Below, one piece after another: positions 28,421 to 39,529 of a stretch of DNA of 64,000 nucleotides. The DNA comes from Asterias rubens (taxonomy: Eukaryota). How positions within the stretch are numbered: the stretch's first letter is position 1; each line of letters opens with the position of its first letter. The notes under the pieces are model-generated. The model saw only the letters and a program-made list of their open reading frames with translations, was not told the DNA's origin and did not search any database. Location of the stretch: positions 1,674,001-1,738,000 of the forward strand of contig NC_047077.1 in NCBI RefSeq assembly GCF_902459465.1. The letters run 5' to 3'. The translations under genes were made by a program, and so were the position numbers.

Positions 28421-29474
28421 TCACATTTTGACCAGTGCTCTGAGTAAATTAATGTTTATGGTGCATCATTACAAAACTACAAATTCAGTTCAGTTTCCAT
28501 ATTTGAGCACGCAAGGGCTTTATATTGTCCAGAGCTGCGTTTTAGCGTTAGCAATGCGATGCGTTTGCTGTTGTTTCTTGCATGAATGTTTGTTTTATGT
28601 TTGGTGGCCATTTTTTTATTAACCTGGATTTGAGTTTAAGTCTTATTTAGTACAATTAATTAACTCAAGTTCCATTCTACAATTTTCAGCAACCTAATGC
28701 ATCCATCTCGCATCCATCCATTCACATGCTCTTTAATTCACTTCTCATTTATATACTTAATTAACTATTAATCAACTAAATATTTACTTGCGAACCTATT
28801 TAGTTATATAAATACATTAAATTATTTAATTGGGGGTTTCAGACCCAGCACAAAAATGAGAAAAGTAAAAAGTGCTAGATTTAGCACTTGGGAGTTGAGG
28901 GGCTTCAAACCCGGTAAAAAAAACGTAGAAAGGGTAGAAAGAATTGCTATATTTGAAGTTGAAAGTACATGATGTCAAGGCATTGGACCTGTTCATCTGT
29001 CGATAGATAAATCGAAGTGAAACTAAAGAAGGCGTCCAATTTAGATTTCAAGACCTGGCGTTTGTTCTCACACCCTTGTTGTTCCATGTATCTCCCTGGC
29101 GCAGAAACAAATATTGTTTTATCCTAATAATATTTGTGTCCTTTTTGTGGCACGAGCATGTTTCAAAATGTGTCTTTTTTGCGTTATGATAAAGCTATCA
29201 TCCATTGTGTACGGAATTCCTTTATTCCTTATTTGCACACACTTACCTGATTCATGACAAGGCCAAAGATTCGGAAATGAATGTAAGAAATGGGTTTGCA
29301 GATGAAGGGAATCTGAATTGAGGCAGAAAATAGATTGTGCACCATCTGTTTTCTTTCTTAATTCTCATCCATCAAGATGGGTTTTACAAACACAGGAGAG
29401 GATATGTGCGTTAGGACTTGACAAATCAATAGATACGTCTTGAAGTGACAGAGAGGTAATTGATACATCATACT

Positions 29475-29615
29475 GAAACTGTGACCTGAAGACGATCAGA
29501 GCATACTGATCGAAACGTAGAGTTGTTTAACCACAGGCTCTCATCAGAACCACCATTACTTACAATATATTTATGCAGATGGCGTCACCGCAAACCTCAC
29601 TTGATTAAAGAATAC
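29475..29615 (+). mobile_element. Penelope-like retroelement terminal-repeat fragment carrying the hammerhead motif
   Basis: CTGAAGAN...CGAAACGT is the typical PLE end signature. The fragment appears inserted in the first module of the exon array. Confidence 0.5.
29479..29536 (+). ncRNA. Minimal type I hammerhead ribozyme motif, Penelope-like element type
   Basis: CTGAAGA (29486-92), C, stem II GATCAG/CTGATC with loop AGCATA, GAAAC (29512-16), a minimal stem III, GTT triplet (29522-24), and stem I CTGTG/CACAG. Confidence 0.6.
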
Positions 29616-32600
29616 AAGTAGAAGGTAAATGCAAGTTTCACAATGTACATAAGACATCTTTATATATTCCAAATGTTTACCCAATAATACATGGTCTACA
29701 CATACACAATTACTATATTTATGACATTTACACAATGTACCCCACAGTAGTATCTTCAGAGAGAATGATACTCGCAGTTGATACTATGGATGTGGCAACT
29801 GACCGGTGCACACAGTTATTTGTGAGACAGGTTCTTACACCAATGAGGACTGAGTCAGGGAAACCAGGAAAGTAGGGAGGGTATAAAGGAGTCAAAGAGA
29901 GCAGAACGTTTGGTTGACATCATAAGAAAATTATGAAAATAGATGGTGAATATTTACCAGAGGATATAGTGAGATGACAACTCAAAGAAATTGAGTGTCT
30001 TTACACCGACCGTTGGGGCTTAGAGACAATAAAGAGGAAGTGTTTCATAAATATATTAAAACTATAAAGTAAACAAACAAATAATTTGCACCATAGACTA
30101 CACTTACTCAATTATCAAGCTTGGTGTACTTGATATTGATAAACTTTTACGTTAAATACTTACACAATATTAACAAATGAACTTGTGTGTATTATACAAT
30201 ACACCTGATATTACCATATTGTGAGACAATTATGTGATACCCATACATGTACAGAAACTTACCTCAATTTTGTTATTCATGACAAGAAAAATATCATGGG
30301 ATGGGGACTGCATCTTAAAAAAGGATCCATGGTCCATATTTTTCTTATCTTATAAATGTCTCTTACATTTGTAAGATAAGAAAAATAAGATAAGAAGAAA
30401 TTGTTTCTTAGCTATCGCACATCGAGAAGCTACTGACAAGAGGCATGGGATGAGAAAGGACAATTTTTCAGGAAGGGGAGAAAAGAAAAAATAATAAATC
30501 CCCACAAAATATAAATATACAATAATTTGTATCTACGATAGACTACACTTCCCCAATGCTAATACTGCTGTACTTGTACCGTATTAACTACTTACAACAA
30601 ATATTAACCACTAAAATGTTACTGTTTATAGTCAGAGCACACATAAGGTATTACCAGAAACATAACAAGTTGTAAATATTTCGGACACTGGTAAACATAC
30701 ACGTACATGTATAAAAACCTTACCTTGAGTTAGTTATCCCTGACAAAAGCGAATTGTCACCGGGAGTGCATCTTAGACAAAGAGATCCAGGGTCCATAGA
30801 TTGAGAAGAGACATTTTTATAAGATAAGACAAAATAAAGGATTTCCACGATGAGATGACAGCCCAAAGAAACTGTCTCGTAACATCACTTGGTTAAAGAC
30901 TAGAGATGCATGGGATGAGACAGGAAAAGCGTCTAAAGGGGAAAACATATAAAAACCCAATACTTTGCACCATATAATACACTTTACCATGCTTACTAAT
31001 ACTATTTTACCTTATTAACTACTTACAACCATTTTAACCACTTTTTAAATATTTTTAACACTTGGTTTACACACCCATACATACAGAAACTTACCTTGAA
31101 CAACCCTGAAAAGTCAGATTGTCATGAAAGTGCATTAAAGAAACAGAGATTCAACTCCAGAGAAAGAAAAGAGAAACTATTTAAGAAGTAAGGATTTCCA
31201 ATGTGCAAAAAACTGTCTCACATGAATGGGACAAGAGTCATGTAAAATGAGACAGGAAAATGTCCCTCAAAATAATTTAAAAAATAAACACTAAACAATT
31301 AATATAAATAAACAACCGTTTGCAACACAGACTAAACAATTTACTTAATACTTATCATGCTTACTGATATACAATTGTACCTTACTAACATACTTACAAA
31401 AATAATAACAACTAATTACATAATAAATCGTAAATAATCCTTCTGACACTTTAAACATACCCATTCATGTACACAGACACCTACCTTGGGTTGGTTTTAT
31501 TCCCGACACAAAAATTAGGTCAAAGACAGAGAGCTTCTCTGAGATGAAGAAATAAGAAGAAGTGTTTGAAGGAGAACTGTGGGTAAAGATTTCACATGTG
31601 AGAAAGACAGCTCTAAAAGCTTTCTTGAAGTGTCACAGAGTACTGAGAAACTGTATTTTAGATCGCCCTTTTTTACATTCATTGACACTTACTTCTTACT
31701 TGCAAAAACGTATATAAACTTGTATTATAACTACTTCAAGATATAAACCCACATTTGCAACACACTAAGCATGGGATAGAATTAAGATAATAATACTTTA
31801 AAAAACACCAGATTCATTAACTTACCTTATAAAATTACTATAATATGAATGTTGAAGGGGAAAGTCATACGGATGCTACAATTCTCCTCAAACAAGAGAC
31901 TAGATTGTGGCAAATACATACATGAAGGAATTTCAAAGTAAGAATCCACAAAGAAAAATGTTAAGTTGACCAAGACAACTTAGAGCAGAGAGAGGGGGAG
32001 CGAGAGAGTGGCAGATGAGTCTTCGTGACCTCAAGACATCAATTGCAGACCACCAAAGTTTCTTCAAAATAAGAGAATCCACGCAAGAAGAACGTTATGT
32101 TGATTTGAAAAGACAAAGATCAGAGAGAGAAATTGGCATCTAGTTCACAACCTCGACACATCGATGGCAGACCACGCCATACAAATGTTACACACAATAC
32201 TTCATCTATTGACAACTTCAATACGGCTCCACTATTACATTCTAAGTATTGTAAGCGAAAATACTTTATACATCCTAAATGCAAACAGGTGAATATACCT
32301 GATTCACAAAGAATGATCACCTTTGGCGAAGAGTGTACATGAGACATGATCACAGAACAAGGGTACTGCGCATTAATGATCTCAGAACCAAGAAAGATTA
32401 TGTGGTTTTTATGAATCCACGATGGGCAGCATGAAATTGAGCATAAGGACATCAACAGAGTAAAAAGAGGGGCAAAGGCTTCAAAGTACGACTTTGAATG
32501 TGAGAGGAGAGAAACTATTTTAATTAATGAAATGGACTTTAAAATGTAAGCCTAAGAATGATTGTATCTAATACTTCATAACTCTAATTTTTATTTTTTA

Positions 32601-34734
32601 TTTTTTTTAGTTCTGTTGTTATATTCCTAATGTGTATGCACTTCTTACACAAACATTTATTCCCTCTCCAGGAGGCTACTTGTTCATCCAATCTCGATCA
32701 TTCACTATACACTAAAAACTGTAAGCCTAAGAATTCTACAATTTAGTTTACCTCATAACTCTATTATTTCATAATACTTTGAGTTTCCACTCTTTTAACA
32801 AACATTTATTCCCTCTCCAGGAGGCCACACGTTCATCCAACTTTTATCTCAATCATTCACTCTATACCACTTGGAACTTGAGTTATAACAAAAAGGTAAT
32901 TTGGCTTATCCTTTAGCTGGGACAAAACAAATTCGTGGTTTAAACTTTTCTTAAGAAAATTTATTTAATATTTAAAGTCTAGTGTACTTAATTTAATGTT
33001 CGTTTGGTGGATTGTTTGGGTCTGTACTGTTGGTGTTGAGTTTTGTCCTGCATCGCATTGCGTATAAACAAATGGAATGTTCCAAAGTCAGCTTTCCCTG
33101 CATGCAGTCATTAAACGTTATGCAATTCAATAGACCCTATAATCCTGTTAGGTGCGTTGATGCAGTTTTCCTCTTTTTCTCGTCTCCTTTGAAAATTGTA
33201 TTACTATTTCTTTTGTTGATGCAATGAATGACATCAGTTCCAATGGGTTGAGTTGGCCAGGTTTGCTTATAGTTCACGTCCTTCCGCCTCATTGTTCAGT
33301 CCGTGAGTGGACAGGTGTGTGCACTGTGAGTTCAGCAATAGCTAAGTAGGGCTACCACATTCCAATTCAGGCTATACATGGCTTCAACTTGTGTTTGAAT
33401 TAAGTACAATAAACACGTAATTTGCTAAGTTCTAACATGACCAAAGTAATTCTGACGCATAATATGTATATACACACATTTTGTGCAAAAAGTACAACTA
33501 ATGATTGTAGTACTAGTATATAAAAACTATTTGTTAAACTATTGCACGAGCAGGATTTTGAGCATGAACGACATTTATAACTAAAGTTTATGAGGAATTT
33601 GCTTGTGAATCTGTGTATCATGCATATTACAACATTTTCAAAAGTGTTTCATGTGTTTTGACAAAATAAAACCAGGGTAATCAACACAGAGCTAAACATT
33701 ATTTTGTTTGTCACCTAAGATTTGCAGTAAAATTAATATTGAAACATTATCTCTCTATAATTATTCATGAGAATTGTCTGCCTTACTGAGTATTGGTGTT
33801 TTTTGTGTTGACTCATTGACTCACCCCCTCCTGGTCAGGCTTGACCTTGTCTTGAACTCGACACAAGAAGGCAACCAGGACGACAATAATTATTCCTCTT
33901 TCTGCTTGGAGAAAAAACTGTCTCTCATTGGTGCACACAATTTGAGTGCAAGTTTCACTACAACATTCGCCGTCAAGCAAAAGTCAAAATCTTTTCTCGC
34001 AACAGTAGTACGTAGGTACGGTCTCATCGTCTCGAACAACAGCGACGTCGTGCTCTTGCAGCACAGCCCCAGCCTGCGATTGGCGGACGGCACAGGGGCA
34101 AAATGGTGAGATGGCGCAACATTTTCAGTTCCGAAATTCAGCCTTTTTACTTGTCCAGTTCCAGCTTAAGAAAATGTCCATTTGGTCTATATAATTTAAG
34201 GCGTCGACTTTAGTCCATGGCTTGACAAATTTGGCAAAATTTAGAAAAATTGCCGCAAATTAAGACAGTGGAATACGAAGGAGTTGCAAGGTAGTTACAT
34301 CCGTTCTAACGTGTGCTAATTAATTACGTCAAATAAAAAACAAACAATTTGCCTTGGTGGACCGTTTACTCATGGTTATATTTCTACGCGTGGCGTTTAC
34401 TTGTTGAAAATTGAAAACAAAAATTACGTTTTTCACAAAAGTGAAGACTTTTTCTTTAAAAGTAACCCAAATAAAGCAACTTGGGAAAACTTCATTGTGT
34501 TTGTCTTTCGTTTTCCAATGTTTACACAGCAAAGGCGCACTACTTTCTCAGTTGAGCGGAAGGAGTTCAGTGTTTTACGGTCGCAGAAATGTTGTCCGTG
34601 AAACTTTGAGCATTGTATGAGGAAAGGGGGAGGGTCTTGGCATCGGGGTGCACAGACCAGTGACGAAGGGGCGGGGGGACTCAGTTTTGGTAAAACCACG
34701 CGAATATGCCACCAATAGAGGGCGTTTCGAGCGG

Positions 34735-34892
34735 GCATAGACCTTTTCGCAAATACCGGGGCGCGCGCGTAAAGCTTGTAATTAGGTGCATTGTGGTCTA
34801 GCTGGTATCCAAATTTGATCCATATATATCCCACAATGCACCTCATTCAACAGTCTGCGCTTGCGCATTGGTATTTGCGAAAAGGTCTATGC
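34735..34892. mobile_element. MITE with a perfect 23-bp TIR and an inner 13-bp inverted repeat
   Basis: GCATAGACCTTTTCGCAAATACC / GGTATTTGCGAAAAGGTCTATGC, with internal AGGTGCATTGTGG / CCACAATGCACCT. Confidence 0.8.
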
Positions 34893-35533
34893 ACAGGACA
34901 ACTTTTTGCCCAGCGTTATGTCATAATATTATGTAAGACAGTAATGGTTATAATAACATTAAATATCTACATGAATGTACTGCATCACACAGTTAGTCAT
35001 ACTAAATAAATACCCCCCCCAAAAAAAAAAAAAAAAAAAAACGAATACATAAATAAATAATAATGATGAGATAAAATATCACAAATCAAGAAGAATTATT
35101 TATTAAAAATAGATTTTTAAAAAGTTGGTGCCTTTTCCCAAATTTCGCAATGTTTAAGAAAAATTTCACAAGGAATGTAAGACATATTGAAGCTGGTTCC
35201 CTACTTCCTCACGTGGGAAGTATCTGAAGAGGTTATGGGAAAAACATTTATTACCCCCTCGCATGAAGAAAAATTTAAATAAAAGTTACAAATACATAAT
35301 GTACAAACATAAATATATAAGAAAAAGTTTTAAAAACCTGAGCCCCTGTAGGCGTGTTGAATTAAGCATTGGTTTTGTTCAGCTAAAGTCACTTGAAGGT
35401 ACACTTATCACTAAAGCATAAACAATCACAACAAAGGCGGGAGAATAGTGCATGGACATCTTATTAGTCTTGGTGCAAGACGTTTCTCGTTCCCTTTTCA
35501 CGCACACCGCGGCCAGTTCACCGACAGCGCGCG

Positions 35534-35592
35534 CACCGACTCACCTGACTTATAGTCCACTCACCGCCCCCTATAAGTCAGGTGAGTCGGTG
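35534..35592. other. Perfect 22-bp inverted repeat with a 15-nt loop
   Basis: CACCGACTCACCTGACTTATAG (35534-55) and CTATAAGTCAGGTGAGTCGGTG (35571-92) are exact reverse complements. Confidence 0.95.
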
Positions 35593-35740
35593 AGCACAGG
35601 ACATGGGGATATCCGGAAATTAGAGAAACAGAGCGCCCGCTAGCGTTCGTTCATTACAAGCGTGTACAGTTTTTGCCGTGCAGTTTTTGCCGTCGGAACG
35701 TTCGTTGTGTGTGACCACGCAACACCAATGGTCTAGGAAC

Positions 35741-36321
35741 CTAGACTACCTTTCTATTACCAATCTTGCGCTTTGTGCAAGCAGTTTGTGCATGTGTTGG
35801 TCTGTCCTCTGAATTGAAAACTGTTGTTAGATAAAATCGGAGTATACCCATTTTTACGTTTTCATACATGTTTCCAACTGTCTTTGATTCAGGGAATGGT
35901 GCCTCCAAGAAATCCACTATGTCACATTCTACCTCACTGAGCAATGCAAGTTTTGAAATCCCGTTCGGGAAAAAAGATCTTTGCCTTTCTGTAGAATCGA
36001 CTCTTTGTTGGCAGTCTTTTCTAAGTATATGCTTCGTGTTCCTCCGCCATTTTTGTTTCACATCTGTTTGCCTTCATGTATCCATCCAAGGTTAAGCTTT
36101 CTTGTGGAAGGTCCTTTCGATCCAGAGTCCTCATCACTACTGCCTGAACACTTTCTCGTTGATGTATCCCGGCTCATTTTATTTCTTAATGGTCTTGATG
36201 GTCGTTTACGTTCCTCGGAGAACTTTTGTTTAACTGCTATCTTGTCCCCCAATGCCGAAAGGTAGTTTTCCAGTTGATGATCAGTCAATGATGTTACGTT
36301 ACTCTTACGTTACGTTACGAT
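35741..36321 (-). pseudogene. Disrupted exon of a SAM-like/GGGTR-motif protein, probably transposon-associated
   Basis: ttttcacag| I V T * ... LTDHQLENYLSALGDKIAV ... RKLNLGWIHEGKQM*NKNGGGTRSIYLEKTANKESILQKGKDL/FFPNGISK...TVGNMYENVKMGILRFYLTT. Stops at 36310-36312 and 36058-36060; -1 frameshift in the A6 run at 35970-35975. The family assignment is from memory, not a search. Confidence 0.65.
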
Positions 36322-36984
36322 CTGTGAAAATGCAAAAAGATAGTACATTGTACATTTTAATGACAAAATATGGAATACTGCTCACTTAGTTTTTTTGCCA
36401 CAATTTTCTTCAAGTCAACATTAGTCAACATTGAAGTGAGTTTGTAATTTTATCAAAGGAAGCGCATGGGTGTAGCAATAACATTGCTTCTACAAACACT
36501 GAAAAGGGGCTTGTGGTTCATGCCTTTAAATCTTTCATGTAGTTTTTTATTTTACTTTTGGTGACTTGAGGGGTAGGGCGTGAGGTTCACTGTGCCCCCA
36601 ATTTTGACAAAATACCACTTCCGGGTGACTTTAAGGTTGAAGACCCACTGAAAGGAACCTGTCACCCTGTGTTCGACAAGCAAATGTTGCAGACAATTTT
36701 CACTGTTAGTTTGTGGGTCAACTCAATTTAAGCTAAATTTAATGAACTGTTAAGAACAGCAATTTTTTCCAGACCAATATACTTATTTCAAATTTGACAT
36801 CATTGTTGGCTAAGGGAACTGTCCAAAACTGCTAAACACAACTCATAACCCTTGAAAGATTACAAAAAGGGCTTTTTGTATCATTCGCTGGTCAGTCAAA
36901 TACACCATCTTCATATGTGGAAATTTGTTCAGTTTGCCTACAATCACTGATAGACTGAGACATTAGTTTGTCAATTTTGTTAAG

Positions 36985-37412
36985 ACCAATTGTTTGAATC
37001 TGAAAACTACAGGCACTGGCTCCCACCAAACAAAAACAACAACTTGCGGAATGCCAACAAAATGTGCCCCCAATCCCAAAATGTAGGACTGGTCGTTACA
37101 AAAATAGTTGCACTCCATCCCTTGTCCAAGCACTCAACAATAGCTCTTGATTTGTGTTCACTCAGTTGGTATGCCTTTTGTCCCCAACCCTTCACCTTGT
37201 CCTTTGATTGTGACTTGCCGTGCATTTTTCCCCCCTAATTATTTGTCACTGGTACTAGCCAGTTTGCATTTTTAATGTATAAAAAACAAATTGTATTCTC
37301 TTAATGGTTTTTTGTAAATTTTAACATTTCTAGTTGTTTATATGAATCTCTGTATTTTAAACAGCTTGTAGCTGCGATGTTTGAACGTGTTTTAATAAAC
37401 CAATAATAATAA
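36985..37412 (+). mobile_element. 3' fragment of a CR1-group (L2/Crack-like) LINE: ORF2 C-terminus plus 3'UTR
   Basis: FESENYRHWLPP...LRN/ PPIPKCRTGRYKNSCTPSLVQALN* across a frameshift fits the RTxRYxxSxxP C-terminal motif. Ends in AATAAA and an (AAT)n tail. Confidence 0.7.
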
Positions 37413-37713
37413 AAAAATATTTAAAAATAAAAAATAAAAAAAAAGAGGCATTTATATTCTTCTTTTTAAATTGAGAGAGTTGTACTGTTGTTGTCCCGTT
37501 GTCCCCACTTTCTAAAGATTTCTATCTACCAGGAAATAAGTGCATAACAAGATAAACTCATTCAGCTTTCATACTGAAATTTGTAGATTTAATTGTCATC
37601 TTTACAAAAGCTTACAAGTGAAAACTGCCTACGTGTCCTTGCAAATTCAAAATACTATTCACTGGAGTACGTATTTGCACTTATTTAATGTTTATTTAAA
37701 TTAAAACAAATAC

Positions 37714-37763
37714 CTTATCTTGCTTTAATTTCTCAATCTGATCAAGTGACACATTTCGCAGTT
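37714..37763 (-). pseudogene. Upstream 50-nt exon of the same pseudogene ((E)LRNVSLDQIEKLKQDK)
   Basis: catttttag| ... AAG|GTATTT. Open in phase 1 to 0 and joins in frame to the 36321 exon, giving ...LKQDK-I...LTDHQL. Confidence 0.6.
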
Positions 37764-38109
37764 CTAAAAATGTGTACAGAGGATCATCGTCCGTGTTGAG
37801 TGCGGGTTAAGTGCGCTACTCACTGCTTTCTTGGATCCCTTTAGGCCTATCCTTAAGAACAAACAAACAAACAATCCCAATAAAAATTTGATAAGTTATG
37901 CTCATTTGAATAAACAGTTTTTTCTGTTTCATTCTTAAAATGAACAAAAGCAAAACAAAAACAGACAAACGACAAGCCAACAGAAAAACAACAATAGGAG
38001 CAACCTTACTTTTGGACAGGAACTATCCAGATTGGGACAGGTAGGGAATTTTGCAGGGTTCTTCCCACAAACTGTCAATTGAAATTGATAACTAAATTAC
38101 AATATAGAG

Positions 38110-38390
38110 GGCCTGATCACTTGAGATGAGGGCCAATGTACCATGTCATTTGAGTTGGCAGACCTACATATAGTGTGTATACATACCAGTTCAGAAAATA
38201 CTTCTTCACACAGCGAGTTGTTGATAACTGGAATAGATTCCCTACCAAAGAGGTCAACGCCAAGACAATCAATCAGTTCAAAAACAGCTTCGACCAATAC
38301 CTGAATGAAAATGGATATGGGGTGTTAAAAGGCATAAGCCTACAATACCAAAAATCCCATCAAACCTTAAGTGTAAGTAAGTAAGTACTA
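38110..38390 (+). mobile_element. 3' fragment of a CR1-type LINE ORF2
   Basis: RKYFFTQRVVDNWNRFPTKEVNAKTINQFKNSFDQYL matches the CR1 C-terminus (FFSxRVVxxWNxLP...FKxxLD). Has a (GTAA)n tail. Confidence 0.85.
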
Positions 38391-38521
38391 TAGTTGTACA
38401 CATTAAAAAAAACATACCTAGGGGTTGTATACAAATTATTGTAGAAAGGTCGATTTGGTCGCGCTGAACATGCTCTTCCAATTCCTATCAATCAATACCA
38501 TTAATAATTACACAACCATAG

Positions 38522-38725
38522 TTAAAGGAACACGTTGCCTTGGATCTGTCGAGTTGGTCTTTGAAAAGCGTTTGTAACCGTTTGTTATAAAATGCATATG
38601 GTTAGAAAGATGTTGTAAAAGTAGAATACAATGGTCCACACACACACACACACCTCGAAATTGCGTGGTTTTCCTTTTACCTCGTCGACTGACTCGGTCG
38701 GCCATTTATGGAAGTCAAATTTTAA
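38522..38725 (+). mobile_element. Truncated TTAAAGG-starting non-autonomous DNA element
   Basis: Begins TTAAAGGAACACGTTGCC. No matching right end found. Confidence 0.45.
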
Positions 38726-39529
38726 TAACAAACGAGGTGTCAAAATCACCGTAATTAAATGTGCCGTCTCCTGGTATTTTAATTTTCAGAATACGAGTAA
38801 CAAGTTTGAAATTATAGGTGCTTTTTCAACAGCCGAGTTTTCTTTTGGCTGTCTTTACATCGTTGATGATGTCACATCAGAACGCGGGCTGTTTTAGAAA
38901 CGATTGTATTTTACTTTTAAAAACAATGCGGTTTTGTTGTTAAAAATCCATCGCGAGAGAATGTGGTGAAATATTCTTTTAGTTTCTATATTGTTGTACG
39001 TAGTTGGTGTCATGGTGCCAAAGCAGAAAATCGGACGTACTAGAAACGTTTTAAAATTATTGTTTACTTTATGCAGATCTTAGTGTGACGTGACTTCACT
39101 AAAACGTTTACTTTACGTCCGACTTCTGCAAACTACTTCCACACCATGGCTTCAAGTACGTCCCCAAATTACCCCCTTGCCAAATTTTAAAAAAGGTTAT
39201 ATAATTTTCAAAAAGGGTAAATAATTTCCCCCCCCGGGGGCCATGAAGCACAAAGTGGCTCTCTAAAGAAGCTAAAGACAGATTTAAAACAATAACTAAA
39301 CGCAACTGCTACCACCAGTTGGAAAGTAAATGAATGGTGCGTCTTAAACAAACAAATCTTCAACTTTGAGCTACCGCACTTAAAATTCATGTGCAATTCT
39401 CCATTAACTTGATGGAGGAATTTACTTCTGTCAGTAAGTAAGCCCAGTAATGTCAAACTTGATGCGGAGCGCATTCATTGTTCGCCACACGATGGGTAAG
39501 AAGGCGCAGGCGTTCAAAGGAAAACTTTT

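Larger units (their letters stand above)
29242..32000 (-). repeat. Diverged tandem array of about 7 non-coding exon+intron modules (period about 340-460 bp)
   Basis: Minus-strand donors (plus-strand CTTAC/CCTAC) at 29242, 30258, 30719, 31090, 31480 and 31821. Shared motifs include ACCCATACAT..CAGAAACTTACC, AGACTACACTT, TACTTACA..ATATTAAC, GATTTCC, GAGATGACA and TGTCTC..GAGACA. Confidence 0.75.

Noticed and set aside
30850-30885. SECIS or selenocysteine reading of the recurrent TGAGATGAC motif
   Set aside because: Stem geometry does not fit AUGA-N11/12-AA...GA, and the plus-strand frames contain other stop codons.
29242-31830. U1 snRNA variants, spliced-leader RNA genes or snoRNA-host introns as explanations for the exon array
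   Set aside because: Only the ACTTACC heptamer resembles U1, with no U1 stems. Units are too diverged for an SL array. The intron I checked (30933-31094) has no C/D or H/ACA boxes.
32000-32550. Purine-rich plus-strand coding-like stretch
   Set aside because: All frames are interrupted and no motif is recognisable, so I left it uncalled.
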